Source of the DNA: Nitrosospira multiformis ATCC 25196
Lineage (GTDB): Bacteria; Pseudomonadota; Gammaproteobacteria; Burkholderiales; Nitrosomonadaceae
Direction of reading: 5' to 3'
DNA: 32,000 nt
Assembly (NCBI RefSeq): GCF_000196355.1
Contig: NC_007614.1
Span: 780,001 to 812,000 of the forward strand
In this document: in pieces, positions 28,956-32,000 of the stretch
Numbering within the stretch: the stretch's first letter is position 1
Layout: each line of letters begins with the position of its first letter
Made by a program: the position numbers and the translations under genes
Notes under the pieces: model-generated
Databases searched by the model: none
Seen by the model: only the letters and a program-made list of their open reading frames with translations
What the model was told of the DNA's origin: nothing

Positions 28956-30056
28956 ATGGAAACAGTCACTGTTAATCTTGTCTCCACGCCCGCTCAACGC
29001 GGTTATCCGATCCATATCGGTGCAAACATCCTGACTCAGCCCGAGCTCATCCTGGATTACCTGGACCAGAAGCGAGTGGCCATTGTCACAAATACTACAG
29101 TCGGGCCTTTATATCTCGAAAAGTTTCGTGCGGATCTTTCAGTTCATGGGATGGTTTCGGTTCCAATCGTTCTTCCGGACGGTGAGGAATACAAGAACTG
29201 GGAAACCCTCAATCTCATTTTCGATGCTCTCCTGACCCATCGCTGCGAACGCAATACCCCGCTCATCGCCCTTGGCGGAGGAGTTGTGGGAGACCTGACC
29301 GGTTTCGCCGCCGCCACTTATTTACGGGGTGTGCCGTTCATTCAGGTACCCACCACACTTCTGGCGCAAGTCGATTCTTCAGTTGGCGGTAAGACCGGAA
29401 TCAACCATCCGCTGGGTAAAAACATGATTGGAGCGTTTTATCAACCCCAGGCGGTCGTGGCGGATACGTCCACACTCGATACGTTGCCCGATAGAGAACT
29501 GCGTGCCGGTATAGCGGAGGTCATCAAATATGGCCTTATTCGCGATCCGGCATTCTTCGACTGGATTGAATCTCATATTGAACTCCTGTTGCGGCGTGAT
29601 AATTCGATTCTGACCGACGCAATAAAAAGGAGTTGCCAGCATAAGGCAGAAGTTGTGGAAGAAGACGAGCGCGAGAGCGGCATGCGTGCCTTGCTGAACC
29701 TTGGACACACTTTTGGCCATGCAATCGAGAATGCAATGGGGTACGGCAACTGGCTTCACGGGGAAGCAGTGGCTGCAGGAACGATGCTGGCAGCCGAGGT
29801 GTCACGACGTATGGGCATGATAGGCGAGGAGGATGTGGATCGGGTCCGAAATCTCTATGTGAAGACCGGGCTGCCGGTGATTGCCCCGAATCTCGGTCCG
29901 GAAAAATATTTGCATCTGATGGGACTGGACAAGAAAGTACAAGGCGGGAAAATGCGTTTCATACTGCTCGAGAATATCGGTCGGGCGACGGTGCACGCGG
30001 ACGTGCCGGCTGCGATACTGACCGAAGTTCTGACGGAATGCACGGCTGATGCATGA
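28956..30056 (+). CDS. aroB: 3-dehydroquinate synthase
   Basis: 366 aa. [46 protein letters not shown] and the metal ligands [12 protein letters not shown] are present. Confidence 0.95.
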   Translation: METVTVNLVSTPAQRGYPIHIGANILTQPELILDYLDQKRVAIVTNTTVGPLYLEKFRADLSVHGMVSVPIVLPDGEEYKNWETLNLIFDALLTHRCERNTPLIALGGGVVGDLTGFAAATYLRGVPFIQVPTTLLAQVDSSVGGKTGINHPLGKNMIGAFYQPQAVVADTSTLDTLPDRELRAGIAEVIKYGLIRDPAFFDWIESHIELLLRRDNSILTDAIKRSCQHKAEVVEEDERESGMRALLNLGHTFGHAIENAMGYGNWLHGEAVAAGTMLAAEVSRRMGMIGEEDVDRVRNLYVKTGLPVIAPNLGPEKYLHLMGLDKKVQGGKMRFILLENIGRATVHADVPAAILTEVLTECTADA

Positions 30057-31170
30057 GCTGGCGGCCTACGCGGTATCAACTGCCAACTCCCGGGGGCGCC
30101 GCATTGCGGAAGAAGCCTCTCCCGGTCGCACGCCTTTTCAGCGCGATCGCGATCGCATCATTCATTCCACCGCTTTTCGCAGGCTTGAGTACAAGACCCA
30201 GGTTTTCGTCAATCATGAAGGGGATTTGTTCCGCACACGCCTGACGCACAGTCTCGAAGTGGCCCAGATCGGCCGCTCCGTAGCCCGGAATTTGCGCCTG
30301 AATGAGGACCTGGTTGAGGCTATCGCGCTGGCGCATGATCTCGGCCATACCGCCTTCGGTCATGCCGGGCAGGACGCGCTGAACGAGTGCATGAAGGAAT
30401 ATGGCGGCTTTGAGCATAATCTCCAATCCCTGCGGGTGGTGGATGTGCTGGAAGAGCACTATGGCGCATTCGACGGGTTGAATCTGTGCTTTGAAACCCG
30501 CGAAGGTATTCTCAAGCATTGTTCGAAGAAAAATGCGCTGGAGCTGGGGGACGTTGGTGAGCGCTTCCTCACGAATCGTCGGCCTTCGCTGGAAGCGCAA
30601 GTGGCCAATCTCGCTGACGAGATCGCTTACAACAATCACGACGTGGACGACGGCTTGAGATCCGGTCTCGTCACGCAGCAGCAACTTGAGGGAGTCGGCA
30701 TATTTGCGCGTCATCTGGCAATGGCCAGACAGCAATACCCGAAAATCTCCGGAAGGCGGCTGGTCCATGAAACCGTGCGGCGCATGATCAATACGCTGGC
30801 GGGAGATTTGATCAGACAAAGCGCAGTGAATATCGCGCAGGCCAGCCCGGTCACACTGGACGAAATCCGGGCCGCTCCCCCGCTGATCGGATTCAGCAGG
30901 GAAATTGCCCAGGAGCAGCAGGAGCTCAAAAAGTTTCTGCGGGAGCATCTTTACCGCCACTACAAGGTATCGCGCATGAGTGCAAAGGCACGGTACATCA
31001 TCCGCCAGCTCTTTGACGCGTTCAATTCCGATATCCGTTTGTTGCCTCCGGAATTCCAGTCCAGGTATCAGCAGGACAAACATCAGGCTATCGCCGACTA
31101 TATCGCAGGCATGACGGACCGGTATGCCATTCGTGAATACCGGCGTCTCTTCGTTGTTGAGGAAAGCTGA
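30049..31170 (+). CDS. dgt: Deoxyguanosinetriphosphate triphosphohydrolase-like HD-domain protein
   Basis: 373 aa. [27 protein letters not shown], the HD motif [13 protein letters not shown]...[12 protein letters not shown], and the C-terminal [11 protein letters not shown] are present. There is an 8-nt overlap with aroB. Confidence 0.9.
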   Translation: MHELAAYAVSTANSRGRRIAEEASPGRTPFQRDRDRIIHSTAFRRLEYKTQVFVNHEGDLFRTRLTHSLEVAQIGRSVARNLRLNEDLVEAIALAHDLGHTAFGHAGQDALNECMKEYGGFEHNLQSLRVVDVLEEHYGAFDGLNLCFETREGILKHCSKKNALELGDVGERFLTNRRPSLEAQVANLADEIAYNNHDVDDGLRSGLVTQQQLEGVGIFARHLAMARQQYPKISGRRLVHETVRRMINTLAGDLIRQSAVNIAQASPVTLDEIRAAPPLIGFSREIAQEQQELKKFLREHLYRHYKVSRMSAKARYIIRQLFDAFNSDIRLLPPEFQSRYQQDKHQAIADYIAGMTDRYAIREYRRLFVVEES

Positions 31171-31375
31171 CAGATCATTCCCATTGCTGATCTTTTCGCG
31201 AATGGCGTGTGCCTCGTTGGCCATTCATGGTAAGATGAAAGGTTGAAGGGAGCCTAACGGTTCCGGGGACTTGGCAGTTCCAAGACATACATTTCCACGG
31301 GTAGCTCTACGGGTAGTTTGAGCATCCGGCTTTTACTGATCGGCTTTACTGATTTTTGCGATTGATTGGGTCTGA

Positions 31376-32000
31376 ATGACAAGATTGAAGAACGATACCC
31401 TGCTCAGGGCCCTGCTGAGGCAACCTACTGAATACACGCCGGTTTGGCTCATGCGGCAGGCAGGACGTTATCTCTCCGAATATAATCAGACGAGGGCTCG
31501 TGCGGGCAATTTTCTCGCGCTCTGCAAGAATCCCGACTTCGCCACCGAAGTTACGATGCAGCCTCTAGCCCGATTTCCTTTGGATGCTGCCATACTGTTT
31601 TCGGATATTCTGACGATTCCTGATGCGATGGGATTGGGATTATATTTTGCGGAAGGAGAGGGTCCCAGGTTCGAGCGCCCCTTGCGCGAAGAGTGGGAGA
31701 TCCGGGCCCTTACCGTCCCGGATCCTGCTGTTCATTTGCGCTATGTCATGGACGCGGTTTCACAGATACGCAAGACTCTGGATAATCGGGTTCCGCTGAT
31801 CGGATTCTCCGGCAGTCCGTTTACGCTTGCCTGCTATATGGTGGAAGGAGCCGGCGGGACTGATTTCCGGCAAATAAAAACCATGCTGTACCGCCGTCCT
31901 GATCTGTTGCATCATATTCTCGATATCAATGCGCAGGCTGTCACCGCTTATCTGAACGCTCAAATCGAGTCCGGCGCGCAGGCAGTAATGATTTTTGATA
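31376..32000 (+). CDS. hemE: Uroporphyrinogen decarboxylase, N-terminal part (3' end lies outside the window)
   Basis: My own translation from the ATG at 31376 gives [76 protein letters not shown]. This is the canonical HemE N-terminus with the PVWxMRQAGR motif. It is open to the window edge, which is why it is absent from the ORF track. Confidence 0.9.
   Translation, partial: MTRLKNDTLLRALLRQPTEYTPVWLMRQAGRYLSEYNQTRARAGNFLALCKNPDFATEVTMQPLARFPLDAAILFSDILTIPDAMGLGLYFAEGEGPRFERPLREEWEIRALTVPDPAVHLRYVMDAVSQIRKTLDNRVPLIGFSGSPFTLACYMVEGAGGTDFRQIKTMLYRRPDLLHHILDINAQAVTAYLNAQIESGAQAVMIFD

Noticed and set aside
28855-30056. aroB is not preceded by aroK, and hemJ sits upstream instead.
   Set aside because: Gene-order variation of this kind is common. 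aroK is presumably elsewhere, and nothing in the sequence suggests a functional anomaly.
31172-31196. An AGATCA-N10-TGATCT hairpin plus TTT lies just after dgt, and I considered it as a terminator.
   Set aside because: The stem is AT-rich and only 6 bp, the loop is large and the U-tract is short, so predicted stability is low.
30076-31224. A 382-aa minus-strand ORF covers essentially the whole dgt-like gene in antisense.
   Set aside because: The length is striking, but the plus-strand product has clear HD-hydrolase motifs. The antisense product has no recognisable motifs and no SD. Stop-codon depletion in the antisense frame of a codon-biased gene is sufficient to explain it.

Overview
This is a chromosomal window of about 53-55% GC, judged by eye and not computed. 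It fits a chemolithoautotrophic proteobacterium. The red-type RuBisCO with cbbX/cbbR and the aroB-dgt order suggest a betaproteobacterium such as a Nitrosomonadaceae-like ammonia oxidiser, but that is inference I cannot verify here.

Gene order is as follows:
- galU 3' end (+), psd (-), and an Atm1/HMT1-type ABC half-transporter (-).
- A low-GC patch of about 1.6 kb carrying a single orphan 399-aa coiled-coil/2-TM protein (+).
- A compact red-type form IC RuBisCO unit cbbL-cbbS-cbbX (-) with a textbook intrinsic terminator and a divergent LysR regulator cbbR (+).
- Five efflux genes in one orientation (-): adaptor-RND-OMF followed by a second adaptor-RND pair. They sit under a divergent TetR regulator (+) with a perfect 9-2-9 palindromic operator.
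- A 430-bp spacer holding a Shine-Dalgarno-preceded Cys-rich 29-codon sORF, a perfect 12-bp-arm palindrome, and two tandem near-consensus type-1 IscR boxes overlapping a strong sigma70 promoter.
- An iscR-sufA-sufB-sufC-sufD-sufS-sufU-nfu operon (+), then hemJ, aroB, a dGTPase-like HD hydrolase, and the hemE 5' end (all +).

I found no tRNA, rRNA, CRISPR array, transposase or integrase. Most of the window is ordinary core metabolism. The items most worth follow-up are the orphan low-GC membrane protein, the sORF and palindrome upstream of iscR-suf, and the IscR-controlled hybrid SUF operon.
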